From NCBI GenBank assembly GCA_964445355.1, contig CAYUKQ010000004.1:1028-65027 (forward strand): 64,000 nt of DNA, given 5' to 3'. This document shows, in pieces, positions 19,187 to 29,151 of the stretch. The stretch is from an uncultured Gammaproteobacteria bacterium. GTDB taxonomy: Bacteria; Patescibacteriota; Microgenomatia; CAYQLK01. Under the pieces are notes generated by a model that was not told the DNA's origin, did no database searches, and saw only the letters and a list, made by a program, of their open reading frames with translations. Each line of letters starts with the position of its first letter. Within the stretch, counting starts at the first letter, position 1. The position numbers and the translations under genes are program-made.

Positions 19187-19942
19187 ATGAAGAAAATAAC
19201 AAATAAAAGGCCCAAAAAGCCTCATTTATCTTTGCCTTGCGAAAGCAGGAGAGCTTTCCAAGGCTTCAAACTACTCCCATTAGTTTTTATTGGTCTGAAA
19301 ATCGCTAAAAAGATCAGACTTACTTTGCCTATAATTATTATGGGTTTTATTAATGTGATATTTAAATACTATAAACAGTTTTTGAAATTCAAATACAAGT
19401 TCAAAACCTTAAAGTATGGGGTGATTGCGATAGTCTTTACCTTAGTATTTGCATTAATTTCTGTAGATCATAGCCAAACCAAAAAACAGGAGACGGTTGA
19501 AACAATTATTGCTACCAGTGAAGAGAGTCATAATTTTGGGCAGATTTCTAGTGAAATTGGATGGGAATCTTGGGATGAAGATTTTGTATTGCCTGTCTCA
19601 GGTTACAAGAGTCAAGGATACCACCGTGGACATAACGGAATAGATTACGCAACTGAAATATACTCCCCTGTTCACCCTATTACTGCCGGTGAGGTTATCC
19701 ATGCCGGATGGGAACAAGGGGGATACGGCATTTCTGTAATTGTGGATCATGGTCATGATTTAGTTGCCAGATATGCACACCTAGCTAATACTAAAGTAAA
19801 AGTTGGCGACAAGATCAGAACCGACGATATTGTTGGTGAAGTTGGATTAACCGGAAGAACGAGTGGTCCTCACGTACACGTGGAAATTTATGATCAAAGC
19901 ATCAATATTAACCCAGAAAACTTTATACCTCTGGTAAAGTAA
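19187..19942 (+). CDS. M23 family metallopeptidase
   Basis: HNGIDY, YAHL, HVHVEI; N-terminal TM. Confidence 0.9.
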   Translation: MKKITNKRPKKPHLSLPCESRRAFQGFKLLPLVFIGLKIAKKIRLTLPIIIMGFINVIFKYYKQFLKFKYKFKTLKYGVIAIVFTLVFALISVDHSQTKKQETVETIIATSEESHNFGQISSEIGWESWDEDFVLPVSGYKSQGYHRGHNGIDYATEIYSPVHPITAGEVIHAGWEQGGYGISVIVDHGHDLVARYAHLANTKVKVGDKIRTDDIVGEVGLTGRTSGPHVHVEIYDQSININPENFIPLVK

Positions 19943-19955
19943 AAACTCAGTATAC

Positions 19956-20480
19956 TTAACGAGGTCTGAGTTTTGGAATTTTGGTCGGATTTTCGGATTT
20001 TTTGACTTTTTTTTTCTCAACAGGAGTATGTTGTGAGAGCTCCTCGTAAAGAACTTTTAGCTTGATAGGATTTGCAACTTTTTCCATAATGATTGCGTGT
20101 TTGTCGTATCCTGCTGTAACAATATCTAAATCTCCTGAATTATATATAAACCTTTCTAAAAACGACTGTTCAACGGTAACATGTGTAATTCGATTGATTG
20201 GCGCTGATGTAATTTTTTTTGAAAAAAGACCTTCAATAATTATGAATCTACGATCAGTAATTGCATAACTAATTTCGTGATTTTTTCTAAGAACCCTGAG
20301 TAATTTAGGCAATCCAACCAATAAAAAGGCAAGCGGGAGCCAAAAAGCGATTTGAATATATAAGTATCTTTGGCTGATACCGCTAAAATACAACACTTCC
20401 TCGTGGGGTGTAAGGTATTTTTTTATTTTTTTTAACTTTTTGCTGCTTGGTTTTTGCAGACCGTACTCTGATAAATTCAT
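19956..20480 (-). CDS. Bacterial PH-domain membrane protein
   Basis: YAITDRR...V.QSFLERF..GDL pattern. Confidence 0.75.
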   Translation of the reverse strand: MNLSEYGLQKPSSKKLKKIKKYLTPHEEVLYFSGISQRYLYIQIAFWLPLAFLLVGLPKLLRVLRKNHEISYAITDRRFIIIEGLFSKKITSAPINRITHVTVEQSFLERFIYNSGDLDIVTAGYDKHAIIMEKVANPIKLKVLYEELSQHTPVEKKKVKKSENPTKIPKLRPR

Positions 20481-20531
20481 TATTCTTCATTATAGTATCT
20501 AGCGGTATTTATAAAAAAATTTGGGAGAGAA

Positions 20532-21146
20532 TTAAATTAAACCCGACAGTATAATCGGACCAGGACGAGGATCATTTTCAGTCGTATCTTGACTTAATGA
20601 TTCAAGCGTAACTATGACTGAATCAAAGCCGTAAAAATCTGAATTTGGCAGTGAAAAAGTGAGCGTATAAACACCTAATTCATTTTTTAATACACCAAGC
20701 GGCTGTACAAAAGGGCTTAAATCAATGTTACGCTTGTAAGATAAATTGCCGAAGAATAATCCGTACCTCTCATCAGATTCAGAACTACTTGTTTTCCCCG
20801 GACCACCATTGATACCAGCATCAACCAAATACGCATGAAGCCTAGTATGCTCTGGTAAAACTAAATTTTTAAGATCGACATTAAGCTTGATCTCCCCACC
20901 AACAACATCAACGACCGCTGTTCCAGTAATTCCATCCAGTTTCGTGCTGATTGCCAACGGGGTTTGTGAAAGTATTAGCTCCTTGCCACTGACCGTGTCT
21001 TTGATTGTAATATTTTCTTCTACTGAGATATCAGGTATGCGTGTTTGTGTCAACACATAGCCTGAGGCTATACCGATGCAAAAGAGAACAAAATAAATTA
21101 ATATTTGTGTGGGCGTAATTAGTTTTTGAGATTTTTTCTTAGCCAT
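20532..21146 (-). CDS. Hypothetical membrane-anchored protein
   Basis: Single N-terminal TM, 204 aa. Confidence 0.65.
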   Translation of the reverse strand: MAKKKSQKLITPTQILIYFVLFCIGIASGYVLTQTRIPDISVEENITIKDTVSGKELILSQTPLAISTKLDGITGTAVVDVVGGEIKLNVDLKNLVLPEHTRLHAYLVDAGINGGPGKTSSSESDERYGLFFGNLSYKRNIDLSPFVQPLGVLKNELGVYTLTFSLPNSDFYGFDSVIVTLESLSQDTTENDPRPGPIILSGLI

Positions 21147-21287
21147 CTACTTGTCTTGGTTAAATTTTAGGGCGTTTATTGTGTAAAGAACTGTTTGCCA
21201 AACAATAATGAATGCAATAAAGGTCACTAACAAAAATATTTGAGTTCGCTAAAAACTAAAGCGCACAGAATCAGTTTATGGCGAAAA

Positions 21288-22916
21288 CTACATTCCCATG
21301 TCGCCCATGCCACCCATTCCAGCCATTGGGTTTTTGGACTCATCGACTGGTTTTTCTGTAACCAAAGCTTCCGTAGTAATCACCATTGTTGCTACAGAGG
21401 TGGCATTCTCAACGGCTGATCTGGTGACCTTTGCCGGGTCAACAATTCCAGAAGTAAGCATTGATTCAAACTGTCCTGACATAACATTGAAGCCAGTGTC
21501 ATCACTTTTTGACTCAATCTCTTTAATCACCCATCCGGCCTCAACACCGGCATTGAGGGCAATCCAACGCAATGGCTCGACAAGAGCAGCTTTGATGATG
21601 TTAATTCCGATCAACTCGTCGTCGTTTGCTGGTTTAAGTTTGCTAAGCGCCTTAGCGGCTCTAACCAGAGTAACACCGCCACCAGGAACAATACCCTCTT
21701 CAAGAGCAGCTTTTGTAGCTTCAACAGCATCCTTGACACGCTCTAGTCGTTCTTTCATTTCGACTTCTGTGGCTGCTCCAACATTAATTACAGCCACACC
21801 GCCGCTAAGTTTGGCAAGTCGCTCTTTGAGTTTTTCTTTATCGAAGTCGTTAGTTGCTCCATCAATCTCTTTTTGAATCGAAGCAATACGTGATTTGACC
21901 GCTGATTTAGCCTGATCAGCCACGATAATTGTAGACTCTTTATCAGATTGAACTTTTTTGGCAAAGCCTAAGTCTTCAGTAGTTGCCGAATCGAGTTTTC
22001 GGCCGAGTTCTTCTGAAATGACTGTTCCGCCGGTGAGGATTGCAATATCTTCAAGCATTGCTTTACGCCTGTCGCCGAATCCTGGGGCTTTGACCGCCAG
22101 AACATTGAAGGTACCACGAAGCTTGTTGAGAACCAACGTTGCTAAGGCCTCCCCTTCTATTTCATCGGCAATGATCACCAGATTTTTGGTGGTTTTGATT
22201 AAATTTTCAAGCATCGGCAGAAGATCGTTAATGGAACTGATCTTATAGTCGGTAATTAATACTGCGGCATCATTGATCTCCGCAAGCATTCTTTCCTGAT
22301 CAGTAACAAAGTACGGCGATGCGTACCCTTTGTCGAATTCCATACCCTCTTTGTATTCAATACCTGTTTCAAGCCCCTTGCTTTCTTCGACAGTCACAAC
22401 ACCATTATTACCTACTTTTTCTAAGGCTTCGGCTACAATATCTCCGATGAAAGGATCGGCGGCGGAAACAGTCGCAACCTGAGCAATCCCCTCTTTACCA
22501 ACTACCGGCTTGGCCATAGATTTGATTTGCTTAATTACAGCATCACGAGCTTTTTCGAGGCCGGATCTGATAGCCATCGGATTACTCCCGGCAGTAACAA
22601 CTTTAAGACCTTCTTTGATGATAGCTTCTGCAAGAACAGTGGCGGTGGTTGTCCCGTCGCCTGCTACATCATTAGTTCGACTGGCTGCTTCCTTGATCAA
22701 CTGGGCCCCCATATTTTCAAAAGGATCGGATAATTCAATTTCCTTTGCCACACTAACACCATCATGAATAACAGAAGGGCCGCCCCATTTCTTATCAAGA
22801 GCAACGTTTCGTCCTTTGGGCCCAAGAGTAGTTTTCACTGCCTTGGCTAATGTTTCTGCACCTTTTAATAGTTTTTCTCTGGCTTCTGCGCCAAAAATGA
22901 TTTCTTTTGCTGCCAT
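21288..22916 (-). CDS. groL: Chaperonin GroEL
   Basis: [21 protein letters not shown] tail. Confidence 0.98.
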   Translation of the reverse strand: MAAKEIIFGAEAREKLLKGAETLAKAVKTTLGPKGRNVALDKKWGGPSVIHDGVSVAKEIELSDPFENMGAQLIKEAASRTNDVAGDGTTTATVLAEAIIKEGLKVVTAGSNPMAIRSGLEKARDAVIKQIKSMAKPVVGKEGIAQVATVSAADPFIGDIVAEALEKVGNNGVVTVEESKGLETGIEYKEGMEFDKGYASPYFVTDQERMLAEINDAAVLITDYKISSINDLLPMLENLIKTTKNLVIIADEIEGEALATLVLNKLRGTFNVLAVKAPGFGDRRKAMLEDIAILTGGTVISEELGRKLDSATTEDLGFAKKVQSDKESTIIVADQAKSAVKSRIASIQKEIDGATNDFDKEKLKERLAKLSGGVAVINVGAATEVEMKERLERVKDAVEATKAALEEGIVPGGGVTLVRAAKALSKLKPANDDELIGINIIKAALVEPLRWIALNAGVEAGWVIKEIESKSDDTGFNVMSGQFESMLTSGIVDPAKVTRSAVENATSVATMVITTEALVTEKPVDESKNPMAGMGGMGDMGM

Positions 22917-22920
22917 ATAG

Positions 22921-23220
22921 TTATTTGTTTATTTTTGCCATTAAATCTTCGAACTTGAGTAATGAATACTCTACACCGTCAATTTTTATTTCATTTCCAG
23001 CCCATTTTTTATAAAGCACCATGTCTTTTACATTGACTGGGGATTTTTTTTCTTGCCCATCTTCAAATACAGAATCACCAACTGCCAAGACTTCTCCTTC
23101 TGATGGTTTTTCTGTGTTAGCGGTGTCGGGCAAAATAATACCAGATGTGGTTTTGGTTTGAGATTCTTTTGGTTTGATAAGAATGTAACCGGCAAGCGGT
23201 TTAATTTTTGTTATTTCCAT
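22921..23220 (-). CDS. groS: Co-chaperonin GroES
   Basis: IKPL...TTSGIILPD...[11 protein letters not shown]; upstream of groEL. Confidence 0.97.
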   Translation of the reverse strand: MEITKIKPLAGYILIKPKESQTKTTSGIILPDTANTEKPSEGEVLAVGDSVFEDGQEKKSPVNVKDMVLYKKWAGNEIKIDGVEYSLLKFEDLMAKINK

Positions 23221-23235
23221 AATGTTTTTGAGATT

Positions 23236-23275
23236 TTAGCATTGATATTGTAAAAGTGCTAATTTTTTTTGTCAA
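23236..23275 (-). promoter_or_regulatory. CIRCE operator overlapping the groESL sigma70 promoter
   Basis: Minus strand TTAGCACTT-N9-CAATGCTAA (23262-23236) vs consensus TTAGCACTC-N9-GAGTGCTAA; TTGACA (23275-23270)-17 nt-TACAAT (23252-23247). Confidence 0.85.
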
Positions 23276-24155
23276 TATTTCGACCAAAGAGTAATTTACG
23301 CTCAGATTCTGTGATTTTTATGTTATGTGCATTTAAAACCTGCTTGAACTTGCGAAGTGTAATTGAATGATAATCGATAGGATGAAAACGTATTTGAGAA
23401 GCGCTCACTTTTTCAATTGTGAGATGTTGCAACATATACAAGTATTGCAAACGAAAAAATAACCAGTCGGTTAATTTTAATAATAGGAAGGTTTTTGGTG
23501 GAATTACTGATTCTAAATCGACACTCATACAAGCATTAGGAAAAATTTTGGATGTCCATTGATTGTTTTTAAGAAATTTTTCATAAGTCTGATTACGATT
23601 AAGCAGGGGGATTATTTGTAATATCTCTCTAGCGTAATAAATGTTTTTGGGCTGAATTAGCGTGTTTGCTTCGTCAATATACATATTCAAGCAAATCTTA
23701 TTATTCACGACTTGTGAGCGACGATTGCGTTTTTGCTTAAAAAACAGTAGGAATAGATTACAAAACAGTCTGGTGATCCAAACAGAGTCTTTTTGGCAAA
23801 TAATAAAAAAATCTATATCTGATTTTTTATCTGGACGTGAGGCTGCTACTGAACCAGAAACCGCGATAAGTCTAATTGTGGGAATAAATTTTAAAACACC
23901 GGTTGCTTGCGTAGCGAAGCTAAGTTTGGAATTTAAAATTTGTTTGTGACTATTAAAATCCGATTTTCGGCTTAATGAATAACGACCGTTTTGCTGATAA
24001 ATCTTACCCGATTTGACTAAGATCTGTAATTTTTTTTCGATTAAGGGCTTGGTGGTTTTTTGGAATATTAACCAGCGATAAACTTCATTAATGGTAAGCG
24101 AGTCGTTAAAAATCTGGGCATAACTGAGAGTAATTAAGATGCATTTGTTTAACAT
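23259..24155 (-). CDS. Nucleotidyltransferase-fold protein
   Basis: Pol-beta-like VSGSVA...SDIDFFII motif; ATG at 24155. Confidence 0.7.
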   Translation of the reverse strand: MLNKCILITLSYAQIFNDSLTINEVYRWLIFQKTTKPLIEKKLQILVKSGKIYQQNGRYSLSRKSDFNSHKQILNSKLSFATQATGVLKFIPTIRLIAVSGSVAASRPDKKSDIDFFIICQKDSVWITRLFCNLFLLFFKQKRNRRSQVVNNKICLNMYIDEANTLIQPKNIYYAREILQIIPLLNRNQTYEKFLKNNQWTSKIFPNACMSVDLESVIPPKTFLLLKLTDWLFFRLQYLYMLQHLTIEKVSASQIRFHPIDYHSITLRKFKQVLNAHNIKITESERKLLFGRNIDKKN

Positions 24156-24202
24156 TAAACACAATAATAACTTTTTTTGAGAAATAATTAAGACAAAAAA
24201 AC

Positions 24203-25525
24203 TTACTTACTTCCGAACTGTTCCGACACCTGCTTAAAGCCTTTTGCAAGAGTAATGATCGCTTTGTCAATAGCGGTTCGCGACAAATTACTTGAAATTG
24301 CCTCATCAACAGTTTGAGCCAGGTATGTAATATTCTGATCGTTAATGCCGTTATCAAAAGTGTTTGAGGCGATCGGATAGGATGTAGCCTTAACCATATC
24401 CTGAAGCACTGCACCAACAACCGGGTTGGAAATTACTGATTGTGCCAGATCAACCCTTGAATATGGTTCGCCAAAATCTCTAGATTGTGATTGATATCCA
24501 AAAAGCTTCTGTTGACTTTCGAATGACGAAATAAATTTGAGGAATTTCCAAGCAGCAACCTGTTTGTTTGCGGGAATCAAAGAACTGACACCTTCTGCCC
24601 AATATGATGCCCAGGTTACTTTGCGTTTGGAGTCGCTAGTTAGTTGAGGTACGGTTGTCGATTTGAAGTTCAGTGTGGGATTGGCGGCTTTGATATCAAA
24701 ATATTTCCAAGACGGCGCAAAATAAAAAGCTAAATTACCCTGAGTAAACATAACGCTTGATTTTGGCAGAGTTTCGTTCCAAATATTATTCTGACTGAAG
24801 CTTGAATAAAAAATTACCGCGTCTGTGGCTAAGTTTTTCCCGTCAACTGAAAGACTTTTTTCCAGATCGTTGAATTTGACCTGATTCTGGGCCATAAGCA
24901 AACCAAGAATATCGGAAAAATGATCAACATTACCACTGGTGCCGAGTGCTACTCCAGAGGTGCGAATCTTCCCTTCTTCATCTATGACAGTAATTTGATT
25001 TGCCATTGACCTGAGTTCTTCCCACGTCTGTGGAGGCGAAGCGAATCCTGCGGCTTTGAGAAGGTCTTCATTATAAAAAAGAGTTAAGCCGTCAACTTCA
25101 AGCGGTATACCCACGATACGATTGTTTATAGTTAAATCTTTTGAGGTGATAGGGTAAAATGTTTCCTGAAATTCTTTGGGCGAATAAACATCTGCGGGGA
25201 TTGATGCTAGTTTTTGATTGAACATTGACACCCATGTGTTGTGAAAACGAAAAATGTCTGGACCATTTTCAGTCCCAAGTGATGATGATAATCTTTCGCG
25301 GTAATTGGTTATGTTCTGTCTTGAATAATTAACAGTAATATTCGGATTTGTAGCGTTGAATTCGTCGATCAGCGGCTGGATAACCTGATCATCTTCCCAT
25401 AACCCCCAATAATTCAGGGTGACTGGTTCATTCTGAGACTGAGAAGAACCAAATGGAAGCTTGGAACATCCAGCAAGAAAAACGAGAACCAATAGTGAGG
25501 CGAAAATTCTAGTAATGGACAGCAT
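24203..25525 (-). CDS. Extracellular solute-binding lipoprotein (sugar ABC type)
   Basis: Lipobox LAGC; GPDIF, LFYNEDLL, PPQTWEEL, AWKFLKF; no permease adjacent. Confidence 0.85.
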   Translation of the reverse strand: MLSITRIFASLLVLVFLAGCSKLPFGSSQSQNEPVTLNYWGLWEDDQVIQPLIDEFNATNPNITVNYSRQNITNYRERLSSSLGTENGPDIFRFHNTWVSMFNQKLASIPADVYSPKEFQETFYPITSKDLTINNRIVGIPLEVDGLTLFYNEDLLKAAGFASPPQTWEELRSMANQITVIDEEGKIRTSGVALGTSGNVDHFSDILGLLMAQNQVKFNDLEKSLSVDGKNLATDAVIFYSSFSQNNIWNETLPKSSVMFTQGNLAFYFAPSWKYFDIKAANPTLNFKSTTVPQLTSDSKRKVTWASYWAEGVSSLIPANKQVAAWKFLKFISSFESQQKLFGYQSQSRDFGEPYSRVDLAQSVISNPVVGAVLQDMVKATSYPIASNTFDNGINDQNITYLAQTVDEAISSNLSRTAIDKAIITLAKGFKQVSEQFGSK

Positions 25526-25632
25526 AAAAAATATTCGAAATGATTAGCTTTATGTTAGCATAATTTGAGTTGAAATTTAGGCAAGGAATTACATAAAGTA
25601 CAGCTTTTGAAATACAATTAAGCTACGACAGT

Positions 25633-27435
25633 ATGCTGGTGGAAAATACTAATCAGAGAGTGAAAAAAATAAATAAAAATTTAAAGCAAAAAAATCTAAG
25701 ACTTCAGAAACTTTTGGGTGTTGCGGGCATTGTAGTGTTTTTGAGCCTATTAACAGCTGGTTATTATCTTTTTTTTACTTCGCGGGTGAATTATGGGGTG
25801 AGTTTCATGGGCGAAGATCTGAGTTTTAGGACAAAACGAGAAGTAAAAAATATTATTGGAACAAAATTTGCAGAAATTGAGAATAAAAATATTCGAGTGG
25901 TTTCACAAAAATCATATTTATTTACCCCAAGGCAATTAGGTATTAGTCTAGATGAAAATACAACAACTGAAAAAGCGCTTGATACATTCAAAAAGGGAAA
26001 TATTGTCGATAATATATTGTTACAAATTGCATCAATTCGAAACAAATACAATCTGACGCCGGAACTTAACTGGGATGAGGCCGTTTTCGGAAGATTGATT
26101 GCTGATTTAGAGAAGGATGATACTTCTGACAAATCTAAACAGGCTGAATACAAAGTTGATAATAGTGTTGTAACGGTAATTCCAAGTGTGACCGGATCAG
26201 AAATTGATACTAATGATTTTAAAAATCAACTGAAAAGAGCGATTGAAATATCTGGCGATGTAAATCTAGTAAGAAAGACAAAACAGGTTGATTTTGATAC
26301 GGAAATGGCAGAAAAATTCCTTTCGACCGCAGAAAAAATATCCGGTATTGATATTCAGTTCAAATATGATCTGTATGTCTATAAACTTTCGGGTGAGGAC
26401 TTAATTGAATGGATTGTAATCAGAGAGGGTGAAAATAATGATTTTAAGCTGGAATTAAATGAAAATAAGAAATATCAAGAATTTTTTGAAAAAATTGCCA
26501 AATCAACAGACAGGATGGTTAAAAACCCTGTATTAAAAATTGAGGGCGATCGGGTGGTGGAGTTTGTGCCACCACAAGACGGAAGAGCGCTTGATACCCA
26601 AGAAACGATTGCAAAAGTTTTCAAGCAAATTGAAAAGGTTGGTTCTGATACCAATACAATAAGCGCTGATCTGGTAGTGCGAACAACAAAGCCAGAGGAT
26701 TTTGAAAATAACCAATACGGAATCCGCGAGTTTTTGTCTAGAGGAATATCGGATTTTAGCGGATCTGCTGCTGGAAGAATTCACAACATTAAACTTGCCG
26801 CGTCAAGAATAAACGGGTCTTTAATTGCACCTGGTGAGGAATTTTCGTTCAATAGACAACTTGGGGACGTGTCGGCTTCAACAGGTTATCAAAGTGCTTA
26901 TGTGATAGAGAACGGTAAAACAGTTCTGGGTGATGGTGGCGGAGTGTGCCAAGTATCAACAACGACATTTAGGGCAGCATTAAATGCGGGATTAAAAATT
27001 ACCACCCGATCTCCACATGCTTATAGGGTGGGCTACTATGAAAAATTAGGTTTTAAACCGGGATTAGATGCGGCAATTTATTATCCCAGTCTCGACTTAA
27101 GGTTTGTTAACAATACACCTAAATATATCTTGATTAGTGCTTATGTTTCGGGAACAAGACTGATATTCGATCTCTATGGCACTTCCGACGGTCGTGATGT
27201 AAAAATTTCGGAGCCGGTGGTTAGTAATTTACGCCCGGCACCGGAACCAAAATACCAGGATGACCCTACCCTACCCCGAGGAACAGTAAAACAGGTGGAT
27301 TTTGCGGCAAGTGGTGCAATTGCTAAATTTACACAAACTGTTCGGCTAAATGGTAGTGAAATAATTAATGACTCTTTTTCTTCAAATTACAGGCCATGGC
27401 AGGCAGTTTATCTGGTCGGCACAAAGGACAATTAG
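25633..27435 (+). CDS. VanW-family protein with peptidoglycan-binding repeats
   Basis: RIHNIKLAA, FSFN, GGGVCQVSTT, DLRFVNNT. Confidence 0.88.
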   Translation: MLVENTNQRVKKINKNLKQKNLRLQKLLGVAGIVVFLSLLTAGYYLFFTSRVNYGVSFMGEDLSFRTKREVKNIIGTKFAEIENKNIRVVSQKSYLFTPRQLGISLDENTTTEKALDTFKKGNIVDNILLQIASIRNKYNLTPELNWDEAVFGRLIADLEKDDTSDKSKQAEYKVDNSVVTVIPSVTGSEIDTNDFKNQLKRAIEISGDVNLVRKTKQVDFDTEMAEKFLSTAEKISGIDIQFKYDLYVYKLSGEDLIEWIVIREGENNDFKLELNENKKYQEFFEKIAKSTDRMVKNPVLKIEGDRVVEFVPPQDGRALDTQETIAKVFKQIEKVGSDTNTISADLVVRTTKPEDFENNQYGIREFLSRGISDFSGSAAGRIHNIKLAASRINGSLIAPGEEFSFNRQLGDVSASTGYQSAYVIENGKTVLGDGGGVCQVSTTTFRAALNAGLKITTRSPHAYRVGYYEKLGFKPGLDAAIYYPSLDLRFVNNTPKYILISAYVSGTRLIFDLYGTSDGRDVKISEPVVSNLRPAPEPKYQDDPTLPRGTVKQVDFAASGAIAKFTQTVRLNGSEIINDSFSSNYRPWQAVYLVGTKDN

Positions 27436-27466
27436 GTTTGACTTATAGGATTATAATTACTGGAAC

Positions 27467-28012
27467 ATGAAAAAGGACTTGAGCATTGTTTTTGGATTAT
27501 TTGCAATCGTGGCGGCGGTTATTATTTATCAAGGTGCTTCTGGTGGAGCATTACTCCCAGGCAGCAAGAAAACAGCCACTAGTGAGGCAACAATGAATCC
27601 TACCGGGTCACAAGCAGACACCCCGATCAACACAAACCTGGCTACGACACAGGTAAAGATATTGCGATTAAAAGTGGAGGCAGAAGTCGCTGACACAATG
27701 GAAACAAGAGCAATTGGTCTCGGGGGTCGGGAAAGCTTAAGTGATGGACAGGGAATGTTGTTTGTTTTTGATTCGGAAGCGAAACACAGTTTTTGGATGA
27801 AAAATGTGAAGTTTGGGCTGGATATTATTTGGATGGATGGTAACAAAAAGGTTGTACATTTTGTAAAAAATACTTTGCCGGACCATGGAGGCAATCTTGA
27901 AATCTACACTCCCCCACAAAAGGCAAAGTATGTTTTGGAGGTAAATGGAGGTTCGATAGATAAATTTGGAGTAGAATTGGGCAATAAAGCATCTTTTGAT
28001 CTGAAAAAATAA
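27467..28012 (+). CDS. DUF192 domain protein
   Basis: EVADT...GL..R...GMLFVF...FWMKN...YVLEVNGG. Confidence 0.88.
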   Translation: MKKDLSIVFGLFAIVAAVIIYQGASGGALLPGSKKTATSEATMNPTGSQADTPINTNLATTQVKILRLKVEAEVADTMETRAIGLGGRESLSDGQGMLFVFDSEAKHSFWMKNVKFGLDIIWMDGNKKVVHFVKNTLPDHGGNLEIYTPPQKAKYVLEVNGGSIDKFGVELGNKASFDLKK

Positions 28013-28051
28013 ATACTCCGGAATAAATCTAATCTATAATCAGTCATAAAA

Positions 28052-29038
28052 ATGAGATTACTTGGCATCGAGACCAGTTGCGACGAAACAAGCGCCGCTA
28101 TTGTTGAAAACGGTAAAAAAGTTTTATCAATCGCGACATTGAGTTCACTAAAAAAACAGATCAAATGGGGAGGGATTGTTCCAGAAGTTGCAGCAAGGGA
28201 GCAAGTTGAAGCAATAATTCCCGTGATCGAATTTTGTTTATCAGAATCAAAACTAACTATTGAAGATATTGATGGAGTTGCGGTTACTAACGGACCCGGC
28301 CTTCTTGGCTCTTTGTTGGTGGGTGTAGAAACAGCAAAAACGATCGCAATGGCACACAATAAACCAATCATGGGAGTAGATCACATGAAGGGGCATACTT
28401 ACGCAGTTTATTTGGAAAACAACACACCTCCACCGTTTCCATTTATGGGATTATTGGTTTCCGGAGGCCACACTCAAATTGTCAGCTGTAGAAATCATGA
28501 TGATATAAAAATAATCGGAGAAACCAGAGACGATTCGATCGGTGAGGCGTTTGATAAGGTTGCAAGACTGATCGGATTACCATATCCGGGTGGACCAGAA
28601 ATATCAAAACTGGCAAAAACCGTTAGTCAGACGAGGCTGAAATTACCAAGGCCAATGTTAAACAGTGGTGATTTTGATTTTTCTTTCTCAGGCATTAAAA
28701 CCGAAGTGTCAAAAATAGTTGAATCAAACCAATATTCGAGTGCTGAAATTGCGTATGAATTCCAAGAAGCAGTGACTGATGTGGTGGTTAAAAAATTAAA
28801 AAAAGCTAGTGGAATGTTCGCAATTAACAATATTGTGACTGGTGGCGGAGTTGCAGCAAACGAAAGATTGAGGGAAAAAATAAAAAGTGAATTTACGAAC
28901 ATATTCGAAACGCCACCAGTCTATTGCACGGATAACGGAGCTATGATAGCGGCTTATGCATATTACAATTGGAAGCCCGTGTCCTATCTTCAAATTAAGG
29001 CCGATCCGGGATTGAACTTGGAATATGAACAGTATTAA
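28052..29038 (+). CDS. tsaD: tRNA threonylcarbamoyltransferase TsaD
   Basis: GIETSCDET, GPGL, HMKGH, SGGHT, DDSIGEAFDK, GGVAAN, DNGAMIA. Confidence 0.96.
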   Translation: MRLLGIETSCDETSAAIVENGKKVLSIATLSSLKKQIKWGGIVPEVAAREQVEAIIPVIEFCLSESKLTIEDIDGVAVTNGPGLLGSLLVGVETAKTIAMAHNKPIMGVDHMKGHTYAVYLENNTPPPFPFMGLLVSGGHTQIVSCRNHDDIKIIGETRDDSIGEAFDKVARLIGLPYPGGPEISKLAKTVSQTRLKLPRPMLNSGDFDFSFSGIKTEVSKIVESNQYSSAEIAYEFQEAVTDVVVKKLKKASGMFAINNIVTGGGVAANERLREKIKSEFTNIFETPPVYCTDNGAMIAAYAYYNWKPVSYLQIKADPGLNLEYEQY

Positions 29039-29151
29039 TTGTTTTATCTTGCGTCGCTTAAGCTAAATAGAACGAATTAATGTAAAATTCGGTTAAATTA
29101 TTTGTTGATTGCCATTTTATAGCTTGTATCGACAAAAATAAGTTTTTTTAT

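Noticed and set aside
21298-22767. Several plus-strand ORFs up to 192 aa
   Set aside because: Antisense shadows of groEL caused by its codon bias
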